Translations under genes and position numbers: made by a program
Shown here: piece by piece, positions 42,594-53,991 of the stretch
Position numbering within the stretch: the stretch's first letter is position 1
Layout of the letters: every line of letters starts with the position of its first letter
The notes under the pieces: generated by a model
Databases searched by the model: none
What the model was told of the DNA's origin: nothing
What the model saw: only the letters and a program-made list of their open reading frames with translations
IMG/VR virus record: IMGVR_UViG_3300003322_000968
Location: 13,573 to 77,572 of that record
From: a virus
Reading direction: 5' to 3' (one strand)
DNA: 64,000 bases

Positions 42594-44975
42594 ACAAGTG
42601 TTTTAAATAATAAAGCCCGCATGCATAGAAATGCAGCGGGCATTTAATTAGTCTGGTTGTAATTCAATTGCAGCAGGAACATAATCGCCGTCATTTAGCC
42701 AGTATTCTGAATGGGCGCTATTTTCGTCTAACTGCCTGATTATTGCGCCCATTACTTTAATTAAGTCAAGCGCTTCAATCAACTTTTGTTTGTCATCCAT
42801 AAATAAAAAAGTTTTTGAATGATTAGTCGGGTTTAACCCATGCTGAAACCGTCAGGGAAATAGCTTTACCGTTTGCTTTAACATCTGTGCGCTTAGCGCC
42901 GTTACTGCTAGCTACAATAAGCGTTTTGCCGCTGCCGCTCATTTTAGGCGCCTCTAAGGGCAATGTGATTACAAGATGTTGCCTGCCTTCGATTGTCTTG
43001 AGTTCAGTTTGCATATAAAGTGTTTTAAATAAGAAAAGCCCTTAACGGGCTTTCTTGTTAGCGAATTCACGGGCTTTTAACCAGTATTTTGCAGCGTTGG
43101 GAGCATTGTCTGGGTGGTAATGTATGTTTTCCTCCCGCTCTGTATTGGTGCCATAGTCTTTTATATAAAATCCTGTACTATACCACGAACTAATGCTTGC
43201 GCTGTCAGGGCTCTGAGAGGCATGTATGTGTGTTTTCATTAATGCAACCAACTCCCTAAATGTTACTTGCTGCTTTTCTTCAATAAAGCCAGTATCTGAA
43301 TAATCCCCTATTGCAGCGCTTTCGGGTGTAGTTTCAGCGTATGTGCGCGAAATGATTATGTAGTTGTTCATGATATGAGTGTTTATAAAACAAAACCCCC
43401 ATACAACTAAATGCATGGGGGTTAATATTTAAAAATCCGGGGTATGTTCAACCTGTTCCCCGTTTGCTTTTTCACATAAGTGAACACTTACCATGTGCTC
43501 CTTACTCTTTTTGGGCTTAAAGTAGGCAATAGCTTTCTGTTTTGCTTCATATAAATCATTAGCCCAAATGTCGGTTTCTTTGTCATTGTAAAATGCCTTA
43601 TAGCCATTTAGGCCATTTGTTTTATTGTTTTCCATTGTAAAGTGTTTTAATTAAAAATGCCCGACTAATTAAAGTCAGGCATTGGTAATTAATGAGTACG
43701 TATAAATTGCGCGACAATGTTTGCCAGCACAACAAAGGAGCTGATCAAATAATTTACATATTTCATATCGTTAACAAGTTTATATAATAACAAAACCCGC
43801 ATTAAGCGGGTTAATCTTCAATTACGTGACCATCTAAATTTAAAAGGAACAGGTGAATGTCTAAATCATTTCCCCTGAATATTTTACAACACTCATTCAT
43901 TAAAAAGTCCATATGATGCGCATCCTGCTCATGTATTCCTTTTAAACAATCTGCCGCGCTATCGTCCGGGTTGTAAAGCTCACCGTTATTATATAACTCG
44001 GTCAGATACGTTTTGGCCTGTTCTAATGTTGTAATACCCTCAGGTAGTGTTGTTTTAATAAGTCGGGGCGCTGGCTTTTTGAGTTCCGTTAGTTTCCTTT
44101 TAGCAAGGGCCGTAACCACTTGTATTATGTCGCATATTTCAAGGTCATTTAATTGCGCAGCGGCAGCAACTTCATTTGCCGCTTTAGCAATTGCAGCCGC
44201 TTTATTTATTTCAGCCAACTGTTCCGGCGTTAAATCTTTGTATTGCATAAGAGTGTTTTATAAATAAAAAAACCCGCTTTAATGCGGGTTAATTGCTTTT
44301 AAAATAACAGAATCAATGTCATAATTACCAACAAGGGAATAAGAGAACAATAAAGGACTATAAGCAACCGTGAATAGCATTCAGCAAATAATTGTTTCAT
44401 ACAAGTGTTTATAAAACAAAACCCCCGAATACATTGCTGCAAACGGGGGCTTAAAACACTAGAGCAGGCAAAAGCCTGCCAAAAAACACTATAATTAACT
44501 AATAACAAACTTCTTATGGTTATAGCGTGTTATCTTCACAGCGTAACAGCGCTATAATAATTATATTGCTCGTTAGTCATTCAAATACAATCTCATTTAA
44601 CCTAACTATTCAGCAAATGCATCTTACTGCAATGCTATTGTTCCACACAAATAAATGAGTATTGTAACCCGATTGCTATAATGTATAATTGAGCCATTAT
44701 AGCGCGTAATGTATTACGCTTGCGCAGCAGTAGCGGTCAGTAGAGTGGAAACTCATTGGAGAGGCAATATTGCTATTGTCCCCGTCGCGCCCCTGGTAGG
44801 TGTTTATTGACCTGGATTTACAGGTGCTAGCCCATTACGGGCAACTAGCTGGCCAGCACTAACAAAATGTTAGCTTATTTACTGGCAATCGGTAATTAGA
44901 GCAATCCCTGGCTTGATCTATGTCAAATAGCTAATTGTTATAGCAAGGTTTGAGCGCCTTTGCTGTAACAACAAT

Positions 44976-45005
44976 GCTAAGATAGTACATTTGTTACAAT
45001 TGCAA
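44976..45005 (-). promoter_or_regulatory. Bacteroidota sigma70-type promoter with overlapping operator-like inverted repeat
   Basis: Minus strand TTG...N18...TATCTTAG resembles the -33/-7 (TTG/TAnnTTTG) consensus; TTGTTACAA/TTGTAACAA inverted repeat at about 44991-45019. Confidence 0.5.
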
Positions 45006-45069
45006 TACATTTGTAACAAAATAAAATGTTAAATAGGTAAATAGTTGTAGTGAAGGTAGTTATAAAGCG

Positions 45070-45432
45070 TTATTGATCTGCATTAAAACCATTGCCATAT
45101 TTACTGATCTTTATTTTCACAAGATGGTCAATTGTGTAATTAAATTGCTCTATAGTTTTAATTCCGTCAGTAGTTATTGCATACACTACATTTAATCCAA
45201 CTTGATTGCGGGTTATGTTGTGGTTACCAACTAACCTGTTTATAGATTGCTGGTAAGAGCGTTTACTGATTACTCCATATTCTAAGCAAATAGTGTCATA
45301 TAAAGCCCCGTAACTGTAATTGCTGAGCGGGAATGATAAGCATTGAAGCAGTAAGAGATCGATCTTTGTTGAGCCCCTCATTGCCCTAAGGGCCTGGTTT
45401 TGTGCCTGGGTGTATAGTGTACCAAAATACAT
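45070..45432 (-). CDS. MarR/winged-HTH transcription regulator-like protein
   Basis: 'SYQQSINRLVGNHNITR...VYAITTDGIKTIE' wing motif. Confidence 0.6.
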   Translation of the reverse strand: MYFGTLYTQAQNQALRAMRGSTKIDLLLLQCLSFPLSNYSYGALYDTICLEYGVISKRSYQQSINRLVGNHNITRNQVGLNVVYAITTDGIKTIEQFNYTIDHLVKIKISKYGNGFNADQ

Positions 45433-46280
45433 AGGTGATTAAGTAAATGATCGTTCACTTATGAGGGCGATTATTGTTCGTTATCGGATGTAACCAATCG
45501 GTTACGCATTATGCAATTGCCTGGTTTTCAATGGGGTGGGGGAGGGGCTAAAATTCTATTTAACATAAGATATATTATGACTTTGATTGTGAGTTTCGCC
45601 AGCTTTTGCGCAATATACAATATTATGGCCAAATCGCACCGAAACGGGGCAAATTGGACCCCACCCCATCTGAAAATTCGCGTTTTCCCCGGCAATTGCG
45701 GCCCGTATCATAATGTAATTAACACACCCTCTCGTCATTCTCCCTTGTTTTTAGGATATAACATATTCCAGATCAGCATCGCTCCCTGTCTTACTCCATT
45801 AGCCTGCCCTAATTTGTAGGGATCCTCCGTTTCGCTATTCTCAAATATAATTGTTTTAATCCATAGCTCTATATGTTCATTATACGCTGTCCAGTCCTGT
45901 ACCTGAGCCTTGCTGGTTGGCGAATATACTCGCCCAGGATTGATGCGCACCAGGTCTTTTACGATTTCATAAACTATTACATCTGCAGAATAGTTACTTG
46001 GCAGTTTTTTCTGTAGTAATACTAGCAATGATTGTTTAAACTCCTTTGTTATATTACGCTTAGCGTCTGTCGAAAATAGTTGTGATATATATGTTTTGAG
46101 CCTAATTCGGTTTTTGTCATACACTTCCCTTGCAGTAGCAAGTGTATAATATTGAGAGTCAGGATCGTTTAGTAATTGATCTACCAAATCAGATTGGCTT
46201 TCAAATAGGGGGCCATTGCCAAAATTATACTCAAATAGTACAGCAAAAGCATTTGTTGGAAACTCGGTCATATATGGGTT

Positions 46281-46601
46281 TTATTGTAACAGGTCTCTTA
46301 TATCAATAATTTCTGGTTTTACCCACTCGTCTTCAAATTGTCTTAATTGCCGGTCTTGGTTACACTTAAAACAGGCTAACACTTTAGTCTTTCTGCGCTC
46401 CAGGTTACGCCTTAGATCTACTTTGCTATACAAGTGATCTGTTGTAGCCATAGTAGGAAATGGCTTGTAGTCACTCTGATTTACGCCTTTAGGCGGTGGT
46501 ACAGTTTTAACCCCGCACCAATGACAACGAAAACCAACTTTGTAGGCATGTCTTTTCCGCCATCTGGCATTGTTTCTTGTATCAACCCTGTATTTAGCCA
46601 T
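46281..46601 (-). CDS. Small HNH endonuclease
   Basis: 'CHWCG...TTDHL...VLACFKCN'. Confidence 0.8.
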   Translation of the reverse strand: MAKYRVDTRNNARWRKRHAYKVGFRCHWCGVKTVPPPKGVNQSDYKPFPTMATTDHLYSKVDLRRNLERRKTKVLACFKCNQDRQLRQFEDEWVKPEIIDIRDLLQ

Positions 46602-49418
46602 TCATTCTCTTTGCAATTGCATTACAAAACGCATTCCAGGCAGTTGGTTACATATTGCTGTATTTCAAGGCCTTCCATAAGCCTAGGTTTTATCTTGCAG
46701 CTGCTCCAGCAGTTCTTTAACAGCAGATCTAAAGGCCTTTTCTTCAAACAATGTCTTATAAACGCTATGCTTTAGTATGTTTGCAAAGCCCTCCCGGTCC
46801 TTAAATTGCCATTGCGTTAAAATCCCATGAAGTATAGCAAATCTAACAGTTTCTGCGGCTTCATTAGAATTGGCTGGCTTTTGTTCTACTTCTTTTGCGT
46901 ACCCCTCAAAATCTGGAGCTGGCATGCCCCATTTCTCTAGCAGAGGCAGTAGATCCCTTTCAGCGTATACAATCCTATTCGGGTCTTGCTCGTATACAAT
47001 TTCAGCGTGGGAATGAATGGCAAATAGCTCTTTAGCCACTTCAACAGGTGTTAGCTTCATATATGGGTTTTAAATAGCCCCAGCTGTCACACCAGGGCTT
47101 TAATGTTTACTCTTCTTCAAAGTACAGGAAATAGTTTTTCTGCGGCTTAAAGAAGTTCGCTGCAGGCACCTCATTATCTATGCCGATATTGAGGGTGCCA
47201 TTAGGCGTTGCCTTCGCAAAATCCTCATTGCCTTCTCCTGTACCATATACTGCCGTAAGGTTGGCGCTTTTATTGTAACCGTTGTCAGTCACAGAGTTGC
47301 ACCGGAATTTAGCTTTTACTTGCATTATAGGCTGTATGAACAGTTATAGAATGGGTATTGTACATACACCTAATGTAAGGAATTTTAGCTAACCTCTATC
47401 CATTGGCCATAAGCTTGCTTTATTTCCGGTATTATCGCTATTGCATATGGCCTACAGTTATTTTTAGCTGGCGAATCTTTGGATGCCAGTTTTATGCGCG
47501 CCATAGATGTAAACAGGTTTTTCATAGAGTAGGCGTATTTGTGGTTTCTGTTCTTTGTTATGAGCGCGCATATGTATGTTTGACCATTGCCAGCCCTACA
47601 CTCTATTCGACTGGTGAGCCGCTTACCGTTTTCGTCGAAGGCAGTGTACTCCCATCTGTATTCTTCTATTTGTTTTACCTCAAGCGTAATGGCCTTGAGT
47701 TTGGCTTTTGTAATTACAGGCATATAATGGGTTTAATTTTTGCGTTTAATTTTACTTAGGCGGAGTTTCACCACTATCAATCAATTCCCTAATACACCAT
47801 TTAGTATTTTATATCTGAATTATCATATATCATGCCTTAGAGAATGCTAAAAACACAGCACCTTGGAAACCATATGATGTCATTATAGCGTAGTTTATCC
47901 ATGATTAAATCATTGTCAATTCTCGCTTCAATGATCTCTTTATCAACACTTATCACTTGGGTCCAGAACCGCTCTCTATCTACACATACCTTTACGCTGT
48001 CACCTGATTTAATTTGATCAAGCTCTTCTTTGCTAGGCGCCTCAAAGGTTTCAGGATGCCTTATGGCCATAGCCTGCGCATCTATAAAGGTGATGTCATT
48101 GAAAGTAATAGAAGTATTCATCGGCTAATATTCTCTTTTAGCTCAAATATCGCAATAATGGTCTCCGTAAAACAGTCAGGGGTAGGGGTAGTGTAGATTT
48201 TCCAGTCCTTAAGCTTATAACCCCGCTGATTATTACGGTTGATAATAGCCTCAAACTGTTGGCAGAGCAGGTTTGTCATTGGCGTATCCGCCTTCCAGCT
48301 CTTTGAAACCTCTGCAACTATGAATTTTTCCATATATGTTCTACATTATTTGTCTAAACCCGGGAAATTTGGCATTTTGGAGGATTATGTATGACTTAAT
48401 TTCGGCAAAACACCATCCTCAAATACTACCAGCCAATATATGTTCTTGTCATCAATAAGCTCAGACTCAGCCGGATAGTATTCTACAGCCGTAGTCTCGG
48501 CCCCAAAGATCTCATTCTTTATTCTTTGTAGCTCACTCCAATGGTTTACAATAGGGGCGTCAAAATGGTTTTGTATAAGGACAAGCGTTACGGGTGATTT
48601 ATCGGTAGGGTAGTTATCATAGATCATGACCGTGTACCGATTATTACGGAAAGCTCGTGTCATACCAGGCGGAACAAAGGGATGAGCTTTCATATCAATC
48701 GGCTCAAACTTGCCTTCTGGCAGCTTTAATAATTTCTGCGCGGCTAAGCGGCGCTGGCGTTTGGAATCCATGATAAGATTATATTTACCTACTAACTTCA
48801 ATTATAGCCTCTGGCCACTCTTGGCAGGCCGCTAAATATCTTGTTACAAACATAACCAGCCCCTCATAATTACCCCAGTTGTTTTTAGGGTTTAATTGTT
48901 TATAGTGCCCCGGCTTAGAAACCAATTCCCCAAGACCTAAGGTTAGGGGTTTTATCAGCTCCTTAGCAACATTGATCATAAGCTCTTCCGGAAACCACAA
49001 TGCTTTATGAAGACCCGCCTCTTTTGCCATTGGCATCAATTTGTGTGTTATGTTATAATGGAGCACTATATCAGTTAAGTTTTCACCTGGCTCAAATGTT
49101 ACCGGTTCCCGACCTGGATGCAGTTCATCCCACTCCTCCCGACTGATCTCAATAGTGGATCCGTCCCGCCGTATAAAAATACCACTGGAGGTTTTTGGCC
49201 TCAATATGCCCGGTGTCTTAAGATATACATCTAAGCTCATGCGCTTCTTATTGACTATATTTTAATAACAATTTTGGCATCCTATCAGATTTGCCACCCT
49301 CTTCAAAAAGCACCGTTTTAATAATTTCAGCTACATTATTAGTAATTTAATTCACTGAGGCCGCCTTTGTTGGCTTCAATGAATTGTTTAGTGAAATCAG
49401 GTGTCATAAATGATTGCT

Positions 49419-49772
49419 TTAAAAACTCCCCTTATACTCCAGCTGATACTCGCCCTTTAGAATATCGGGAATATTCTCAGGGCTATTGTACTTCTTGAAC
49501 AGTTTTATGGCCCTATTAATGGACTTCTTTGCCTCATCAATAGTGTCACCGGCGCCATATATGCCTTTTACGTTATCTGCATAGGCGCTGTAGAAATCAT
49601 CTATTTTCTCAATAACTATGGTTATGGTTTGCATATTGAATAGTTTGTCGAGCCGTTCTTTGGTTTCATAGGTGTAATCCTTATTAACATAACGCACATA
49701 CGCGCACTCAGATGGCCAGCAGTCGCATGTTAAACACTCGCCATTATGGTCAAAGCGGCAGGGGTGCATCAT
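49419..49772 (-). CDS. HicB-like antitoxin domain protein (possibly starting at MQTITI)
   Basis: 'TIVIEKIDDFYSAY...GIYGAGDTIDEAKKSINRAI' HicB motif; no hicA neighbour seen. Confidence 0.7.
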   Translation of the reverse strand: MMHPCRFDHNGECLTCDCWPSECAYVRYVNKDYTYETKERLDKLFNMQTITIVIEKIDDFYSAYADNVKGIYGAGDTIDEAKKSINRAIKLFKKYNSPENIPDILKGEYQLEYKGSF

Positions 49773-50308
49773 TTTATTTCCGGTTTATTCCTGCTATGCC
49801 ATAACCTGGCACTTAATACATCAGCCGCGTGGCAAAGTGCGCCCAGTTCATTCATAACACGTTTATAGGGCGAATAATCGGCGCCTTCGCCTTCAATATA
49901 CGTAAGCGCTAAAAGCTCCTCCTTTGTTAGCGTTATGTCATATTTAGAAATCATGTTCATCCTGAATTGCATTCTTTCCTTTTTTGACCATGGCTTATAA
50001 TCGCCCATATCTCCAATAGCCAGCTGCAATTGCATAAACGGCTTCTCGATATCATGCAGAAATAGCACCGATACCACGCTCGACCATGTGAAAGGCATCG
50101 GCCATGGGTCGTTCATCATCCTTCTGGCTATAGTCAAACAATCCGCCACATGCTGCAAATACCCGCCCTCCCAATCCTGGTGTTTATATAAGGATCCTTT
50201 TGCTATTGCCAGGGTGCCGGCATGATCATCTAGGATCTTTTGTAGTTTAGGTGCGTTTTCGCCGGTGGATTTAATATAGCGGGTTATAAGGTAGAGCGGG
50301 TGCGGCAT
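49769..50308 (-). CDS. HD-domain phosphohydrolase
   Basis: 'HQDWEGGYLQH...LFLHDIEK...HAAD'. Confidence 0.8.
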   Translation of the reverse strand: MPHPLYLITRYIKSTGENAPKLQKILDDHAGTLAIAKGSLYKHQDWEGGYLQHVADCLTIARRMMNDPWPMPFTWSSVVSVLFLHDIEKPFMQLQLAIGDMGDYKPWSKKERMQFRMNMISKYDITLTKEELLALTYIEGEGADYSPYKRVMNELGALCHAADVLSARLWHSRNKPEIK

Positions 50309-50311
50309 AAA

Positions 50312-50692
50312 TTACCTGGTTTTATGATACTCGTCGGCTATTTTGTACCATTTATTATTACAAGGAACGAGCATTATAACCCCCTCGCTAAACAAATAAC
50401 AGAATTTCTCGCCATTGTTAACAGCCATAAATCTACGCATCATTAGGTCCACAGGTGTTTCTAACCAAAACCTTCCAGAAACCAAATGAGTGGGCAGCTT
50501 ATAATCCTTGGCAACCAATACCTTTAATCCCTTTTGTTTTAAAGTGAATTTTATAACGGTGTCCAAGGGTGCGCTTTCGCAATGAATGACATGTTTTTTA
50601 GGTTCTTTAGTTTTCTCGACCCTTGGAAATAAAATCTGACAGAACATTGTTAATGGCAAAAAGATCAAAGTGATAATGAATAATGGTTTCAT
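50312..50692 (-). CDS. Exported protein resembling an STN/FecR C-terminal domain
   Basis: Signal peptide, then 'ESAPLDTVIK..LKQKGLKV...VSGRF...PVDLMM'. Confidence 0.45.
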   Translation of the reverse strand: MKPLFIITLIFLPLTMFCQILFPRVEKTKEPKKHVIHCESAPLDTVIKFTLKQKGLKVLVAKDYKLPTHLVSGRFWLETPVDLMMRRFMAVNNGEKFCYLFSEGVIMLVPCNNKWYKIADEYHKTR

Positions 50693-51853
50693 GATTGGTG
50701 TAATTTAGTTAATTAACATATTGATTATTTAATAAGCTCATACTTCGGCTTACCGCCTTCTATATTTGTTATTCGCTTAAAAACCTTATCCAGCGACTGG
50801 CTAATGATAGTGCTGATTGTTTTTCGGATTTCTGGCTTTTTCGCCAACGCCGGCTCATGAACAAATATTTTCTCAATAATTTCTGTAGAGGTCAGCGGCT
50901 GTTTTGACTTGCTAAGTACATAGATGACTTTGCTCCTTACCGAACCTGTAGCACTATACTTAGCAGGTATCTCATAAGCAAAATTAATCTTTCGTGCACT
51001 GAAGCTCTCCTCACCATACTGATCATTAGGATCATTAGCGGGCTTGGGGCTTTGGTTGTTGTAAGAGGTCTTTTCTGTTTGAATGTGGGCTGCGCTACCA
51101 CCGCCTTCCAGTGCTAGAAGATCTGCAAATAGGTCGGCTTCTTGAGTCTGTAACGCCTCTATTTGCGCTTTAATGGCTACAATTTGATCCTTTATGGCCT
51201 GAATGACCAATGTGGTTGTTGTTTTGTTTAATTGCATATTAATTGTTATGGGTTGTTTTGTTTTAGTATACTGATTGCGGTGTCAAGACGGCCAAGGATA
51301 TTCATCCCTGTAACTGTTAAAGCCCCTAGCTTTTTGTGTAGGTATTTTATTTGAACTAAGGCTTCTTCCATGACATTTGTTATTGTAGCGGCTTCTTCGG
51401 CGCTGAGCGCAGTTAAAGTTACCATATCATAGTCATCAAGCTGCTTTAGTGCAATCGGCTGCTCTTTATAATATTTAGCCATCGCTTCTTTGGTCGCTGT
51501 TATGGGTTGGGGTAGCGGCAATGAGGCATGACTAAATTCAACAGGGAAATTGATTGGATATGCGTAAACATCGGGAAGAGTTTTATGTTTTAGCGCTTTA
51601 AATTGCATGGTGGTTTATTTTTAAAATTCATAATCCAGCGTCATATTTACAGTTGCGAGCATATACTTATCAAGTTGCGTGGCAACAGCAAGCATGCCAT
51701 CTTTTATACAGTGTTCGCGCAATGAGTCCATTGTGGTTTTATAAGGCAGCAGTCGCGGTATATAACATGCTTCTAAAACGGGGCCGTTTTTGGTTTCGAC
51801 TACGGTGCCGAACTGATTTACGTTAGCAATCAATACAAGTGTTTTAAACTGCA

Positions 51854-52294
51854 TCATAATACATCTTCTTCATTGACTAATTTTTGCAGATTAAGCCACG
51901 TTGCCGCATCAATACCCAGCACGCACTCAAGGCGCTTTGCGAGATCTTCTGTAATTTCAGCTGTGCCATCTATGATATTTACAAGCTGCTCCATTGGTAA
52001 ATCCATTTGCGCAGCAATCTCTGAAAGTTTCTTCTTTTGTGCAACGATTTCATCTACTAGGTATTGCCCTACGGTTGTATCTATTCCCGGCACCAGCTCT
52101 TTTGCATTGATTTCTTTCAATTCTTTTGCTTTGTATTCCAGGTAAAGGAACATGGCATCATCGGCAGTCTTAAGACGCTCTAGCATTTCCGGGCTTGTTC
52201 CACTTAGTACTTCCGGCATTTGGCCTACCGCAGATTTGAGCTTCAGTAGCTCATTTGCAAGCTTGGATAGTATGCGCTTTTCTTCGCTAGTCAT
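51854..52294 (-). CDS. HigA-like XRE HTH protein
   Basis: 'GQYLVDE...IIDGTAEITEDLAKRLECVLGIDAATWLNLQ'. Confidence 0.75.
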   Translation of the reverse strand: MTSEEKRILSKLANELLKLKSAVGQMPEVLSGTSPEMLERLKTADDAMFLYLEYKAKELKEINAKELVPGIDTTVGQYLVDEIVAQKKKLSEIAAQMDLPMEQLVNIIDGTAEITEDLAKRLECVLGIDAATWLNLQKLVNEEDVL

Positions 52295-53565
52295 GGTATT
52301 TAATTGTTTAGTGATTTTTTTAGTTCCTTAAGGCGAATTTCCTGTTCACGAATTGTTTTAATGGTCATACTGATTAAAGCCCTGTAGCCGGCAGGTATCC
52401 TATGACGATCTTTCCAGTATCTACGAATTCGCTCCATGCGTTCCTTTTGGTAGTATTCTATGCCCTTAATCAGCTTAACCTTTTCAGTAAGAGTTAAAGT
52501 ATGATCTGGTTGACCATAGTACGCCATATTATTCAATTGCTTTATTTAATCTTGCCTCTACCGCTATATCAATCAAGAGATACGTAAAATCCCTTTCTTC
52601 GACAGCCCAGCCATCCCAGTCAGGTGCCGGCATGCCGGCGTCCCAAAAAATTGTTAATACCTCTGCTTCTGTATAGGTAGCTTTCTTTTCTATGCGCGAG
52701 TGATCAATGCCCCATTTATCAAGCAGCTGGTATAGCTCATCGGCTTTTGCATATGTAGATTGTGTTTCAGTTTCGTTCGTAAGGTTTAGTATTGAAACGA
52801 TGCCTCTGGCAACTTCAATAGGTGTCACTGTCATACGACCTTGTTTTTATGGTTAATGACTTCTTTAAAACGCTCTCTGTGTGCTGGCAATATGGGAAAA
52901 CCTGAAATTGACCGCTTAAGCATGAGTGAAAGACAGGAGATAACCAAGTGTAAATAATCGCGGCGCAGATCCGCCAGCTTGCGCGCGTCATAAGGCGCAG
53001 CCTTTATGAATAAAAAATCCGCATGGCTGACAGCTCTCCTGTATAATTTAACAATGTAATATGGGGTTCTCCTGTAGCATTGTTTAGCTACCCAGAGCAC
53101 AGCATCTTCTTCGGCCGGCCTTAAGTATCTTGACTGATAATCTTCTTCACACTCAACCCTTAAGACTTCTTTTATAAAATCATAATACAGCCAATCAGCA
53201 GGCCAGTCATCCGGCTTGCCGAAGTCATAACCATATTTTTTTAAATTTCCCTTGCTCATATAATGGTTTTGATTAGTGGTATGACCTTCTAAAATACAAT
53301 AAAATTAATAATTTTGAACAAAAATAAATGACAATTAAATATAAGGCCTTAGTAGCTAAAGAGCGTGGTCAAGACGGCAGATATTGCTATATGCATCTTA
53401 CGTTTCATAAGCAGTTTGTTATATTCGAATATAATGGTAAGCCTAATCTTTACCCGCCAGATGCCACCCTTGAGAGCATTATAAAGCCATATTTAGATAT
53501 AATAATCACCAGCCAGCTGCAGAAGTATAACAATTGGCACGAACTCGTTGACTGCGAACTAACCA

Positions 53566-53991
53566 TCAAAGATTCAACAACTTGATATCTAAATGCTTTT
53601 CTATTAAACAAAGAGTAGCAACCTCCAGGTTTTGCCCGCTTGTCCACCGGTTTACGGTAGCCTTTGGCCTGCCGGTCATGGCCACCAGTTGCGCTTGTGT
53701 GATACCTTTATCCTTCATGGCTTGTTGTATAACTTTGCCAAGCTTGCGCATTCGGGCCCTATAAGCGTCCTTGTCGGTTTTAGAGAGCATTAAAATCGCA
53801 TGGCCTTTCCAGTCCGGCTCAGGATGGCCGTAGCTTTTTAATAGATTTACAACATCTTGTAATCTAAAAACTGCTTCATTCGGGTTATCATGATAAACAT
53901 CTGCTACATTTTGATATGTGTTTTTGAGGTCTTCAGCTATCTGTATGGATGTGGGTTTACTCATGATTATAAGATTGGAAATTAAAAGCAA
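53566..53991 (-). CDS. XRE HTH protein with an N-terminal paralogous domain
   Basis: 'GITQAQLVAMTGRPKATVNRWTSG'. Confidence 0.7.
   Translation of the reverse strand: MLLISNLIIMSKPTSIQIAEDLKNTYQNVADVYHDNPNEAVFRLQDVVNLLKSYGHPEPDWKGHAILMLSKTDKDAYRARMRKLGKVIQQAMKDKGITQAQLVAMTGRPKATVNRWTSGQNLEVATLCLIEKHLDIKLLNL

Larger units (their letters stand above)
38274..44450 (-). repeat. About 18 dispersed copies of an intergenic module: GC hairpin + TTTT..AAACACTyrT + ATG, one before most small genes
   Basis: Plus-strand form cat-N(1-8)-agtgttt-N-aaa(a)gccc/accc...ggg near 38274, 38855, 39267, 39572, 39899, 40347, 40856, 41139, 41436, 41764, 42088, 42591, 43012, 43369, 43633, 43764, 44246 and 44398; a few copies are degenerate. 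Confidence 0.85.

Noticed and set aside
38274-44450. Integron with attC sites
   Set aside because: The hairpins lack GTTRRRY/RYYYAAC boxes, and the integrase is a phage-type enzyme about 10 kb away with its own attP.
45511-45819. ORFs 45511-45819 and 45556-45738
   Set aside because: Low-complexity translations across an inverted-repeat region, more likely non-coding.
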